Virus record (IMG/VR): IMGVR_UViG_3300045988_175750
Origin: a virus
Length of the DNA stretch: 35,409 nt
Direction: 5' to 3' (one strand)
Under the pieces are notes generated by a model. That model searched no databases, was not told the origin of the DNA, and saw nothing but the letters and a program-made list of their open reading frames with translations. Below are positions 25,854 to 32,909 of the stretch, piece after piece; the first letter of the stretch is position 1; every line of letters starts with the position of its first letter. The position numbers and the translations under genes were made by a program.

Positions 25854-26380
25854 TATTGTTCGTCCTCGATGTCGTCGTTTTCGTGGTACTGGGCTTTTTC
25901 GATGTATTTCTCGATGACGGAGATTTTCATGAGCCGGTCTGTTTCTAGTGCGGCTTTCCAGAATTTTTCTTTGTGCTGTACGGCGCGGGAGCCGATGAGT
26001 TCTCCGGTTGGTGAGCGGAGGGTTTCTACTCGGATCCATAGGCCTGCTTCTTCGTTGTAGAGCGCGAAGCATTCCATTTTCCGGCCTGCTTGGTCGTTGA
26101 ACGCTTTGATTGGCTGGGCCTGTAGCGCCAGTTGGGACACTTCGTCTTTGGCGGGTTTCTCGGGTTCTTCGGGTTTGCTGTCTTTAGCGTTGTTGAGTAG
26201 CCAGTCGCCGGTTGAGAAGGTCTTGCCTTTTTCTGCTTTCTGGTTGTCTACTTCTTCGCTGGCTGCTTTGACTAGCCCTTTGGCGGTTTCTTCTTGGACT
26301 CCGATCAGCCTTAGCACCTTTACGAGGATTTCTTCGCTGGCGGCTTTGGCGTACTCGCTCTTGCGGGTTTCTTCGCTCAT
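25853..26380 (-). CDS. Hypothetical early protein with acidic tail
   Basis: This 175-aa ORF ends ENDDIEDEQ. I recognise no motif. Confidence 0.6.
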   Translation of the reverse strand: MSEETRKSEYAKAASEEILVKVLRLIGVQEETAKGLVKAASEEVDNQKAEKGKTFSTGDWLLNNAKDSKPEEPEKPAKDEVSQLALQAQPIKAFNDQAGRKMECFALYNEEAGLWIRVETLRSPTGELIGSRAVQHKEKFWKAALETDRLMKISVIEKYIEKAQYHENDDIEDEQ

Positions 26381-26396
26381 TGTTTTCTCCTTTTGG

Positions 26397-26744
26397 TTAT
26401 GCGGCGACTTTGGGGGTGCGTTCCGCGCGGGTTGTGCGGTGGTTTTGGAATTTGGTTTTTGCGTTGGCGCGGCGGGTAGTTTTTGCGTCTAAGAATCGCA
26501 TGACGGTTGAGAGGCGGAAATAAACCATGTTCCACTCGCCGGGTTTTTCTGATTCGAGGTAACAGTCCGGCTTTAGTGCGCCGGTGAGGCGGTTCATGTA
26601 CCCGCCAGTAACCGTTGTTATTTTCACGCCTGCGCGGGCGGCGACTTCTGCGGGTGTGATGACTGCTTCGCTTACACCTTCTGGGGGCGGCAGGTGCTTG
26701 TAGAGCGCTTTCCAGCGTGCCTTAAATTTCAGTTCGGAGCTCAT
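26397..26744 (-). CDS. Hypothetical protein, possible HTH
   Basis: This 115-aa ORF contains the HTH-like segment ITPAEVAARAGVKITTVTGGYMNR and has a basic C-terminus. Confidence 0.55.
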   Translation of the reverse strand: MSSELKFKARWKALYKHLPPPEGVSEAVITPAEVAARAGVKITTVTGGYMNRLTGALKPDCYLESEKPGEWNMVYFRLSTVMRFLDAKTTRRANAKTKFQNHRTTRAERTPKVAA

Positions 26745-26949
26745 TTTCGTTTTCCTCTTTGCTCTCTTGGTTTGCTTGCCCTTGGTTTAGCCATGTGTTG
26801 GCTGCCAGTGCCGCGCATATTGCGGTTCCGATTGTTCCGCCGTTGAATGCTCCGGCGGTTCCTGCGGCCCATGCGGTTGTTGAGCCGATGGCGCAGAATA
26901 GGGCTGCGGCGGCCCATGCTAGGGCTGGGATGGTCTGGTTGCTTTTCAT
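26722..26949 (-). CDS. Small membrane protein (2 TM)
   Basis: This 75-aa ORF has two Ala/Gly-rich hydrophobic segments. Confidence 0.5.
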   Translation of the reverse strand: MKSNQTIPALAWAAAALFCAIGSTTAWAAGTAGAFNGGTIGTAICAALAANTWLNQGQANQESKEENENELRTEI

Positions 26950-26967
26950 GTTCTTTCTGGCTTTTTG

Positions 26968-27198
26968 CTAGTCGAAGGTTTGCCAGGTGTTTAGGTTTTG
27001 GCGTAGGTCTTCGAGGGTGTCTGCTACCTCATCTTTGAGCGCCTGCTGTGTAGGGAGCGCTGTGTCTGATGAGAGTAAGTTCAGGATTTTTGTTAGTTTC
27101 TCAGCCGCCCGTGTGGTTTGCGCGACTGCTGTTCGGTTCGGTGTCCCTAGAAAGGCTAGGCCTTGGGATGCGGTGAACTCTTTCACTGATTTCTCCAT
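26968..27198 (-). CDS. Hypothetical early protein
   Basis: This 76-aa ORF is the second gene of the early rightward-equivalent operon. Confidence 0.55.
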   Translation of the reverse strand: MEKSVKEFTASQGLAFLGTPNRTAVAQTTRAAEKLTKILNLLSSDTALPTQQALKDEVADTLEDLRQNLNTWQTFD

Positions 27199-27200
27199 AT

Positions 27201-27476
27201 TTAGTTTTTATTCGGGGATGCCTTGGTTTCGGGTTCGTTTGTGAAGAACCATTCAATAGGTACCCCGAGGATATTTGCGGCATCCCATAGCTGGGTTACG
27301 AGGATGGGCTGTTCACCTGAGAATATCCTTGTTGCGACAGACTGATGTACGCCCCAGGTCTCTGCAAAGATTTTCTTCATGATGCCCTTGCGTTCCCTTG
27401 CAAGGTTTAGGTTCTTAACGATCTTCCGAGCGGCTGGTGTGTCCCAACGGCTAGACCGTGTAAGATTCTGGTTCAT
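27201..27476 (-). CDS. Cro-like XRE-family HTH regulator
   Basis: This 91-aa ORF carries the HTH IFAETWGVHQSVATRIFSGEQ and has the RBS AGGAGA. It is divergent from the cI-like gene. Confidence 0.75.
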   Translation of the reverse strand: MNQNLTRSSRWDTPAARKIVKNLNLARERKGIMKKIFAETWGVHQSVATRIFSGEQPILVTQLWDAANILGVPIEWFFTNEPETKASPNKN

Positions 27477-27588
27477 TTTTGTTATCTCCTGAGCTGGTTG
27501 ATGAGAACATCATATGTCCTCATGTGAAGACAATGCAAGTTGAAAATTGATATTTGCAAAAAATCACATTATGACCTAGTTTTAAAGT
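27477..27588. promoter_or_regulatory. Divergent lysis-lysogeny switch region
   Basis: This AT-rich gap holds a minus-strand promoter: TTGCAT (27538..27533), 18-nt spacer, TATGAT (27514..27509). The palindrome TGATG-AGAA-CATCA (27499..27512) overlaps that -10. The plus-strand promoter is TTGCAA (27554..27559), 17-nt spacer, TAGTTT (27577..27582), 6 nt before the ATG. Confidence 0.55.
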
Positions 27589-27849
27589 ATGAGTAGCAAA
27601 GCTTCCGGTAAAGCGAATGTTTTCTCTCAGCTCGTGAATGCTGAACTTAGTCTCTGGATAGAGAGGAGAGGCCTTTCTCTTCGTGGACTGCAAACAGAGA
27701 CAGGAATCAGCCGCTCACGGTTGGGAAAGACGATTAATCAAGACTTGGCCCCTCTGAACCTGAATGAGCTAGATACGATCTGTACGGCGCTGGATATCTC
27801 ACCGTTGGATGTTGTTCAAGCTGCGGAACGACGGCTTGAGGAAAGATAA
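27589..27849 (+). CDS. cI-like XRE-family HTH repressor (short, 86 aa)
   Basis: The HTH is LSLRGLQTETGISRSRLGKTIN. There is no SD sequence upstream, so the mRNA is possibly leaderless. The gene is divergent from the cro-like gene and co-oriented with the integrase. Confidence 0.75.
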   Translation: MSSKASGKANVFSQLVNAELSLWIERRGLSLRGLQTETGISRSRLGKTINQDLAPLNLNELDTICTALDISPLDVVQAAERRLEER

Positions 27850-27858
27850 TACACAAAT

Positions 27859-27894
27859 AAGCCCCCTGCCTTGCATGTGCTAGGCAGGGGGCTT
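27859..27894 (+). terminator. Stem-loop after the repressor gene
   Basis: A 12-bp perfect stem, aagccccctgcc-N12-ggcagggggctt, with no strong U-tract. Confidence 0.5.
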
Positions 27895-28199
27895 ATCCGT
27901 TCACATGACTGAGAAAGGAAAGGCTGGCTGCTGCCAGCTTCCGGGGAGCAGCAGCCAAAATCACCGATGCAAATATCGTATATGAGCGTGTTGATGCCAT
28001 CAACAAACCTGCCGTATTTCCAGCGTTGTTGAGCGTTGTTAAACGGCAAGTTCCGCGTGTTTTCAAGGGTCTACGCATAGGGTGTAAAAACAAGCGGTTT
28101 TCAACTCCCCCCTCGCGCACACCAAAACCCTTGAAATTCCAAGGAAGAATCCCCCGACTGTTGATTTCGGGGGATTTTTTGTTGATGTAGGGCTAAAAT
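27895..28199. other. Non-coding region upstream of int: candidate attP
   Basis: About 300 bp of lower-GC sequence with no credible ORF. It contains the palindrome gttgatgccatcaac (27990..28004), the direct repeat agcgttgtt x2 (28022..28040), GTTTTCAA x2 plus inverted acccttgaaa (28059..28136), and a terminator-like hairpin at 28149..28181. Confidence 0.45.
28149..28181 (+). terminator. Rho-independent-type hairpin about 25 nt upstream of int
   Basis: The sequence atcccccga-N9-tcgggggat is followed by tttttt. Confidence 0.55.
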
Positions 28200-28205
28200 T
28201 TGAGC

Positions 28206-29288
28206 ATGGCTTCCATTAGAAAAAACCAGCGCAAGGATGGAACTACGGTCTGGGCCGTCCTTTGGCGAGAAAATGGCAAACAGACCTCCCGAACCTTTCC
28301 CACTGAGTACGACGCGCGGATGCTCAAAGATTTTCTGGACGCAAACGGCAATAGCTTTGAGCTCGCGGCGCAAGCTGCTGCGCGGCTGCAATCAACAAAG
28401 CCGACGGTAGACACCATCATCCGGCGGCATATAGATTCTCTCACTTCGATCACAAACGGCACGAGGCTAAAATACGGGCGCATCTACGAGCAGCACATCA
28501 TGGCTCCGCTCGGCTCAATCCCAATCGACGCGCTCAGCCGAACAGACATCACCAGATGGTTCAACCGGCTAGGACGCGCCGAAAAGACCAAACGAAACAT
28601 CCACAGCCTACTCTCATCCGCCCTCGCGGCGGCCGTCAAAGAAGGCATCATCGACTCAAACCCAGCCGTCGGAATCCGCGGAGAGCGCGAACTATCCAGC
28701 GTGCAGGCCGTCTTTCTCAGCCGCGAACAATTCCTACTGATAACCTCCCACATCCGAGAAGAATTTAGCCTATTTGTCCGTTTCCTCGAAGCCACAGGGC
28801 TGCGATTCGGAGAGGCAACCGCGCTGCGCTGGCAAGACATCGACCTCCGCAGTGAGCGCGGGGTAGTGCACGTAAGCCGGGCGGTGCGGCGCGGAGAACG
28901 CGGCGTGACTATCGGCGTGCCAAAAACCCGGTCATCCGTGCGCTCTGTCTCCCTGCCGCTATGGCTCGGCGATGAGCTGCGGGAAGCGCGGGAAGGACAC
29001 GGGCCGGGAGAACTCGTTTTCCAATCGCCAGGCGGGCTAGTGCTCACAAACGGCTACTTCCACCGCCGCGCCTGGATACCCCTCATGAACCAGATTGGCG
29101 CTGAGCTTGGCTGCCGCCCCCGCGTCCATGACCTGCGGCACACGCACGCATCACGGCTCATCGAGGCCGGGGTTCCGCTTCCGGTGATTCAGCGGCGGCT
29201 CGGGCATGAATCTATCACTACCACGGTCGGCACCTATGGACACCTCTCTATCGACGCCGATTCAAAGGCCGCGTCCGTACTGGACTAG
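28206..29288 (+). CDS. int: Tyrosine integrase
   Basis: 360 aa from ATG 28206 (MASIRKNQRKDGTTVWAV...). The C-terminal catalytic pattern is HDLRHTHASRLIEAGVPLPVIQRRLGHESITTTVGTYGHL. Confidence 0.93.
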   Translation: MASIRKNQRKDGTTVWAVLWRENGKQTSRTFPTEYDARMLKDFLDANGNSFELAAQAAARLQSTKPTVDTIIRRHIDSLTSITNGTRLKYGRIYEQHIMAPLGSIPIDALSRTDITRWFNRLGRAEKTKRNIHSLLSSALAAAVKEGIIDSNPAVGIRGERELSSVQAVFLSREQFLLITSHIREEFSLFVRFLEATGLRFGEATALRWQDIDLRSERGVVHVSRAVRRGERGVTIGVPKTRSSVRSVSLPLWLGDELREAREGHGPGELVFQSPGGLVLTNGYFHRRAWIPLMNQIGAELGCRPRVHDLRHTHASRLIEAGVPLPVIQRRLGHESITTTVGTYGHLSIDADSKAASVLD

Positions 29289-29319
29289 CCGAATGTGATT
29301 TATTTAACCAAATCCTAAC

Positions 29320-29350
29320 TTGCTTAACTATTTACACTTCTGTAAAGTGT
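29320..29350 (+). promoter_or_regulatory. Putative promoter and operator of the cargo operon
   Basis: TTGCTT (29320..29325), 17-nt spacer, TAAAGT (29343..29348). The palindrome ACACTT-N5-AAGTGT (29334..29350) overlaps the -10. Confidence 0.4.
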
Positions 29351-29402
29351 TATATGTCAGGTGGTAAACAGGCCATCGACAAAGCAACCAGAAAAAGGAA
29401 AC

Positions 29403-30653
29403 ATGATGGAAAAGCAAGCCCTCACTGGAACCGAAGCGGCCGAATTCCTCGGCCTCAGCCGTCAGCGCTTCTATCAGCTGCTCAAAACTTACCCCTTGGC
29501 CCCCAATAAGCCTGCCAAAGGCAAGACCCGCCGCACATGGGATAAGCAAGCGCTCATCGCATGGCGTGCAGCGCACCTCGCAGAAGGCGCCCCGACAAAA
29601 GAAGAACAAGGACTTACCCCCGATGAACGTATCGGACGCGGGATGCCCACCCGGTTCAAGGACTTCAAAACCTACATCGGGTTAGGCGCACGCATCCTTT
29701 CCGCATACCCCGCAGAAAACTACGCCGAAGGCTGGGGAGCGAAAGCTCGCCGCTGGATCAACGAACACGGCGCAGGGGCGAACGTGAAAGACCTACAGGG
29801 TGTTTGGGATATTGGCTTCTGTTGGGGCGGGTGGAGCGACGCGGGCCTCACCTCTGGCGCGCACAGCTCAGCCCGCGCAAAGCTTGGGCCGCGTTCAACT
29901 TGGCACTACCACGCCGCGCTCGATGCAAAAACTAGCCTGCTTACTGTCTTCCGTCAGCTCTATTGGTCCGTCAATATTAACGGCTGGGCATACGGCGAGC
30001 GCGTCGAGCAGATTTTCTCTGATGTTTCTGAGGCGTTTGATGTTTCGTCTTTGACTGATGATGAGAATGTGCTGGCGCAGATTGATTCTTATTTTGGTGA
30101 GTCGTTGGTTGGTGAGTTGCGTGCTGCGGCTGCTGTTTATTCTCCTAGCTCTGAGGAATGGGCTCTTGTTCAGATTTTTCTTGAGGATTTGGAGCAGGTG
30201 CGGGCGTCTGGTGAGCGGGGGGTGTTGGAGGATGTTCCCGCTTACATGGCTGAGGCTTATGTTCCGTCTCGTGTGCCTGCGCCTTTCCGTTTGCGGCTTG
30301 TTGAGAGTGGGCCGGGTATTGCTTTGCGGTTTTTGGTGGATGATGCGCAGCGGGCGGTAAATCCTGAGTTCTTTGAGGCGTTGGAGCGGGTAGGTGATGG
30401 GAAGGTTTTTTCTGTCCCTGCGGTTGATAGGGATTTGCTCGGGATTAATGCGGAGGCGGCGAAATATGCTGTTGAGGAGCATCTTTTGAATTCTTTGGCG
30501 GGGGCTGCGTGTGGGCTTGGGTATAGGCTCGTTTTTTCCCCTGTGGGTCGTTATGATGCGACGCATGGGCGGTGCGTGAATGATTTTGGAGATATTTATG
30601 AGGGCTCTGTTAGCGAGCTTCCGATAAAGCGGTTTGGAGATGGAAATGAGTAA
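29403..30653 (+). CDS. Cargo protein: N-terminal Xis/MerR-like HTH fused to about 340 aa of unknown function
   Basis: 416 aa from ATG 29403 (AAAAAGGAAAC upstream). The HTH is LTGTEAAEFLGLSRQRFYQLLKTYPLAP...WDKQALIAWR. The remainder is Trp-rich with no motif I recognise. The composition is protein-like, unlike the antisense ORF. Confidence 0.75.
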   Translation: MMEKQALTGTEAAEFLGLSRQRFYQLLKTYPLAPNKPAKGKTRRTWDKQALIAWRAAHLAEGAPTKEEQGLTPDERIGRGMPTRFKDFKTYIGLGARILSAYPAENYAEGWGAKARRWINEHGAGANVKDLQGVWDIGFCWGGWSDAGLTSGAHSSARAKLGPRSTWHYHAALDAKTSLLTVFRQLYWSVNINGWAYGERVEQIFSDVSEAFDVSSLTDDENVLAQIDSYFGESLVGELRAAAAVYSPSSEEWALVQIFLEDLEQVRASGERGVLEDVPAYMAEAYVPSRVPAPFRLRLVESGPGIALRFLVDDAQRAVNPEFFEALERVGDGKVFSVPAVDRDLLGINAEAAKYAVEEHLLNSLAGAACGLGYRLVFSPVGRYDATHGRCVNDFGDIYEGSVSELPIKRFGDGNE

Positions 30654-30660
30654 TGCGTCT

Positions 30661-30753
30661 ATGGATGATTGGTTGCGGCGGATGGGGTTTGTTTCGCAGG
30701 TTTGGCCTGTGAAAGATAGCTCTGATGAGTCGGATAAGGCAGGTGCGAAATGA
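30661..30753 (+). CDS. Possible 30-aa micro-ORF coupled to the next gene
   Basis: MDDWLRRMGFVSQVWPVKDSSDESDKAGAK. Its TGA overlaps the ATG of the next ORF as ATGA. The RBS is weak, so confidence is low. Confidence 0.25.
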   Translation: MDDWLRRMGFVSQVWPVKDSSDESDKAGAK

Positions 30754-31139
30754 GTTTTACGGCGGATGAGCGGGCGGCTCAGGTCGCGGCTGTGCGGGAG
30801 CTCGTGGATGATGGGTTTGTCCCTGTTATTGAGTGGGTTCTTTGGGTTCGGGACGGGTCGGTTTCTGCTGAGTGTCTTCTCTTGTTCCGCACCCCGTGCG
30901 ATGTGCATTATCGGCAGACGGATAGCGTTTTATGTGAGGCGGGGAACCTTATCTCGGTCTATTGGTTGGGGATAGACCCTCTGCCCGATGATAATAGATC
31001 GTTTACGTTTCGTGGGTCTGTTGAGCAGCCGGAATTTAGGGAGCGTCAGAGGCAAGTTGCGGCGGAGCTTTTTGCGCCGTTAGGGCTTGCCGAGTCAGAG
31101 GTTGAGGTTCTGGCGGATTATATTACCGCGGCCGATTAG
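30750..31139 (+). CDS. Cargo protein, acidic, unknown function
   Basis: This 129-aa ORF has the same T/G-ending codon usage as the 3' half of the upstream ORF and is followed by a strong terminator. Confidence 0.7.
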   Translation: MSFTADERAAQVAAVRELVDDGFVPVIEWVLWVRDGSVSAECLLLFRTPCDVHYRQTDSVLCEAGNLISVYWLGIDPLPDDNRSFTFRGSVEQPEFRERQRQVAAELFAPLGLAESEVEVLADYITAAD

Positions 31140-31154
31140 GGGCTGAGAAATACG

Positions 31155-31208
31155 AAAAATGGGGGAGCCCCGAAGACATGAGTAGTCTTCGGGGCTCCCC
31201 CTATTTTT
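31155..31208. terminator. Bidirectional rho-independent terminator between the convergent cargo operon and lysis cassette
   Basis: A 17-bp perfect stem, gggggagccccgaagac-N7-gtcttcggggctccccc, flanked by aaaaat and tattttt. Confidence 0.85.
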
Positions 31209-31222
31209 GGGTCGCCTTTAGA

Positions 31223-31618
31223 TTATGAGGCGTGCCTGGGCGTGTAGTCGCCCATCTCGGTTGTGTCGATGACTTTCCCTTGCGGGTTCAGCAGAGGTTC
31301 GGGTTCTACTGCGGGCGGGTGCCCGGTGCGCCCGGTCTCGGCTGCGGGCCGTGCGATGGGCTCGGTGGGCGGGTTCGAGAGGGTTTCCTCGATCCGCCCT
31401 AGTGCCGCCGTCACGTCGGGGTGCGGCTCCATCTCTACACCTGCGCCACTGTGGCTGACGTTGATAATTGCAATCACGAGCATGAACACGGCAGGGACGA
31501 CAGGGAGCCAGAGCGCGAGCTGGGTTTGAGTGATAATCCCGTGCCCTACCGCGGCGGCGCCGATGAGGGCGGCGACAGCATAGAGGGCCGAGCGGAGGTT
31601 AGCTAATTTTTGGGGCAT
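31223..31618 (-). CDS. Holin (2 TM)
   Basis: 131 aa from ATG 31618 (GAAGGA RBS, 2 nt after the endolysin stop). The two hydrophobic helices are ALYAVAALIGAAAVGHGII and LALWLPVVPAVFMLVIAIINV. It lies last in the lysis cassette. Confidence 0.75.
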   Translation of the reverse strand: MPQKLANLRSALYAVAALIGAAAVGHGIITQTQLALWLPVVPAVFMLVIAIINVSHSGAGVEMEPHPDVTAALGRIEETLSNPPTEPIARPAAETGRTGHPPAVEPEPLLNPQGKVIDTTEMGDYTPRHAS

Positions 31619-31620
31619 GG

Positions 31621-32370
31621 TTAGAATCCTTCCCCCCACGTGGTTGCGGGGTTTCCATCATTCGGGCCAATAGCGATGAAGCGGCGGCGGCCTGCCGCGT
31701 TCGTGTAGGTGAGCCACACATAGCCGTTTTCAGCGACCCAGCCGTCGTAAGCGAATCCTTGGCCGGGCGCGTACCAGCCTTGCGATGGGCTGCTCGGGTC
31801 GGTGTCGTTCGAGACCGCGAGGCGTGCTGATGCGGTGAACCAGCCGCTTGCGGGCGTCCACCGGGTGCTGCCGCGCTGCTGCTGTGCCTGTGCCGCGGCG
31901 GGGCGGGAGCGCACCACGGGTGCGGCCCCATCAGCGGGCGGGCGGTAAAACGCGTACTGCGGCGAATAGGCGGCAGCCCAGTAGGCGTTGTGGTTCTGGA
32001 TAGTGATGCCGTTATTGCCGTAATTACAATGGATGATGTTTTCGTTATCGTCCACGAAAAACCCGGTATGCCCGGCGGAGCCTGTGGACGCGCCACGCAC
32101 GCCCCAGATGAAAACGTCTCCACGGCGCACCTTCACATCGCCGGTCGCGTCTGGTTGGAGCCGCGTAAACCCGGCCCGCTCCAAATCATTAAACAGGCTA
32201 TCAGTGTTCCCAATCGGGGTGTTGTCTGGCAGCAGCCCCGCAGCTTTAAGAGCGAAATAGACCGAGGATGAGCAATCATAGCTGCCCGGCCCCCAGCGGT
32301 TCGCCATCGAGTAAGTCACGCGGCCGCGGCGATCCTGCATCCACGCGAGCGCTGTATCAATTCGACCCAT
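31621..32370 (-). CDS. Endolysin: Amidase_5-type N-acetylmuramoyl-L-alanine amidase plus SH3_5-like cell-wall binding domain
   Basis: This 249-aa ORF contains AWMQDRRGRVTYSM...GSYDCSSSVYFALKAAG...GDVFIWG...AGHTGFF...IIHCNY, as in Pal-type phage amidases. The C-terminus has GYVWLTYTNAAGRRRFIAIG. Confidence 0.88.
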   Translation of the reverse strand: MGRIDTALAWMQDRRGRVTYSMANRWGPGSYDCSSSVYFALKAAGLLPDNTPIGNTDSLFNDLERAGFTRLQPDATGDVKVRRGDVFIWGVRGASTGSAGHTGFFVDDNENIIHCNYGNNGITIQNHNAYWAAAYSPQYAFYRPPADGAAPVVRSRPAAAQAQQQRGSTRWTPASGWFTASARLAVSNDTDPSSPSQGWYAPGQGFAYDGWVAENGYVWLTYTNAAGRRRFIAIGPNDGNPATTWGEGF

Positions 32371-32399
32371 AGGGTTCTCCTTCCGTTATTGGGTGCAGT

Positions 32400-32436
32400 G
32401 AAGCCCCGCGCGCCGTGGTGGCGGGCGGGGCTTTTT
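32400..32436 (+). terminator. Conserved GC-rich hairpin element, copy B (plus-strand U-tract)
   Basis: The sequence aagccccgcgcgccgtggtggcgggcggggcttttt differs from copy A at 13170 by one indel over about 32 nt. Confidence 0.55.
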
Positions 32437-32454
32437 CTGCGGTGGTTTTTGAGG

Positions 32455-32907
32455 TTAGGTTTTTTCGGGCGGTGCCCGTGTGGACATGCCGCCTGTTCGT
32501 GGGCTGTCCCACAGCAGCAGTGAGATGTAGCGTTCAAGCTCTTCTGGCATGTGTGGGTAGGGTGGTGGTTTTCTGCTGCTGATGTGGGATTGCAGTAGGT
32601 GGATGTATCCGACCGCGAGGCTGATAGCGAGGCGTGCGCGGTCTTGAACGTCCCATGCTTCTTCTCTTTCGGAGCGGATGGATAGCTCTAGTGCTCTCAT
32701 TTCGGCTCGGAGGGCTGCTATCTCTGTTGCTTGCCTGTTGTTTTGCTCTTGGAGCGAGGCGATCTGCGACCGGGAATAGTCCAGGTCGGATTTGTGCCTA
32801 TCTGTGCGGGCGGTGGTCCAGTGCCCGAGCCAGGCGAAGGCGCCTGTGACGGCGCCGCCTCCGAGGATGCCAAGGAGTGTGTATGCCTCTGGTGATAGGA
32901 ATGGCAT
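32455..32907 (-). CDS. Membrane-anchored coiled-coil protein (lysis- or tail-associated)
   Basis: 150 aa from ATG 32907 (2 nt after the tailspike stop). It has the N-terminal TM segment YTLLGILGGGAVTGAFAWLGHW followed by a heptad-like stretch, IASLQEQNNRQATEIAALRAEMRALELSI. Confidence 0.6.
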   Translation of the reverse strand: MPFLSPEAYTLLGILGGGAVTGAFAWLGHWTTARTDRHKSDLDYSRSQIASLQEQNNRQATEIAALRAEMRALELSIRSEREEAWDVQDRARLAISLAVGYIHLLQSHISSRKPPPYPHMPEELERYISLLLWDSPRTGGMSTRAPPEKT

Positions 32908-32909
32908 GT

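Noticed and set aside
25569-26072. The long N-terminal extensions suggested by the ORF track for several genes. Examples are 25569..26072, 23204..23917, 22893..23339, 18799..19536, 717..1001 and 32455..32967.
   Set aside because: The extensions are Arg/Pro-rich and overlap the preceding gene. Internal ATGs with good RBS, or with stop-start overlaps (ATGA, TAATG), give compact and conventionally coupled genes.
27850-28200. A tRNA gene or tRNA 3' fragment as integration target. I also checked 18552..18798.
   Set aside because: I found no T-loop consensus (GGTTCGAATCC-like) with a matching acceptor stem in either region. The hairpins present are simple stem-loops. A covariance-model scan (tRNAscan-SE or Infernal) would be needed to be sure.
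27816-28483. Four overlapping minus-strand ORFs (27816..28049, 27893..28120, 28101..28391, 28193..28483) in the attP-like region and the int 5' end.
   Set aside because: They are short, mutually overlapping and Cys/Ser-rich or otherwise odd in composition. They cross terminator hairpins and the int coding sequence, and have no start context.
29895-30908. A 337-aa minus-strand ORF antisense to the cargo operon. Its C-ending codons superficially match the genome-wide codon preference.
   Set aside because: It lies in the exact codon-complement frame of the plus-strand ORFs, the classic shadow frame, which is open because TTA, CTA and TCA are rare in the sense strand. Its product is almost devoid of A, G, V, D and E and is dominated by R, N, P, I, L and Q. 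The plus-strand products have normal composition and G-rich first codon positions. It also runs straight through the intergenic gap.
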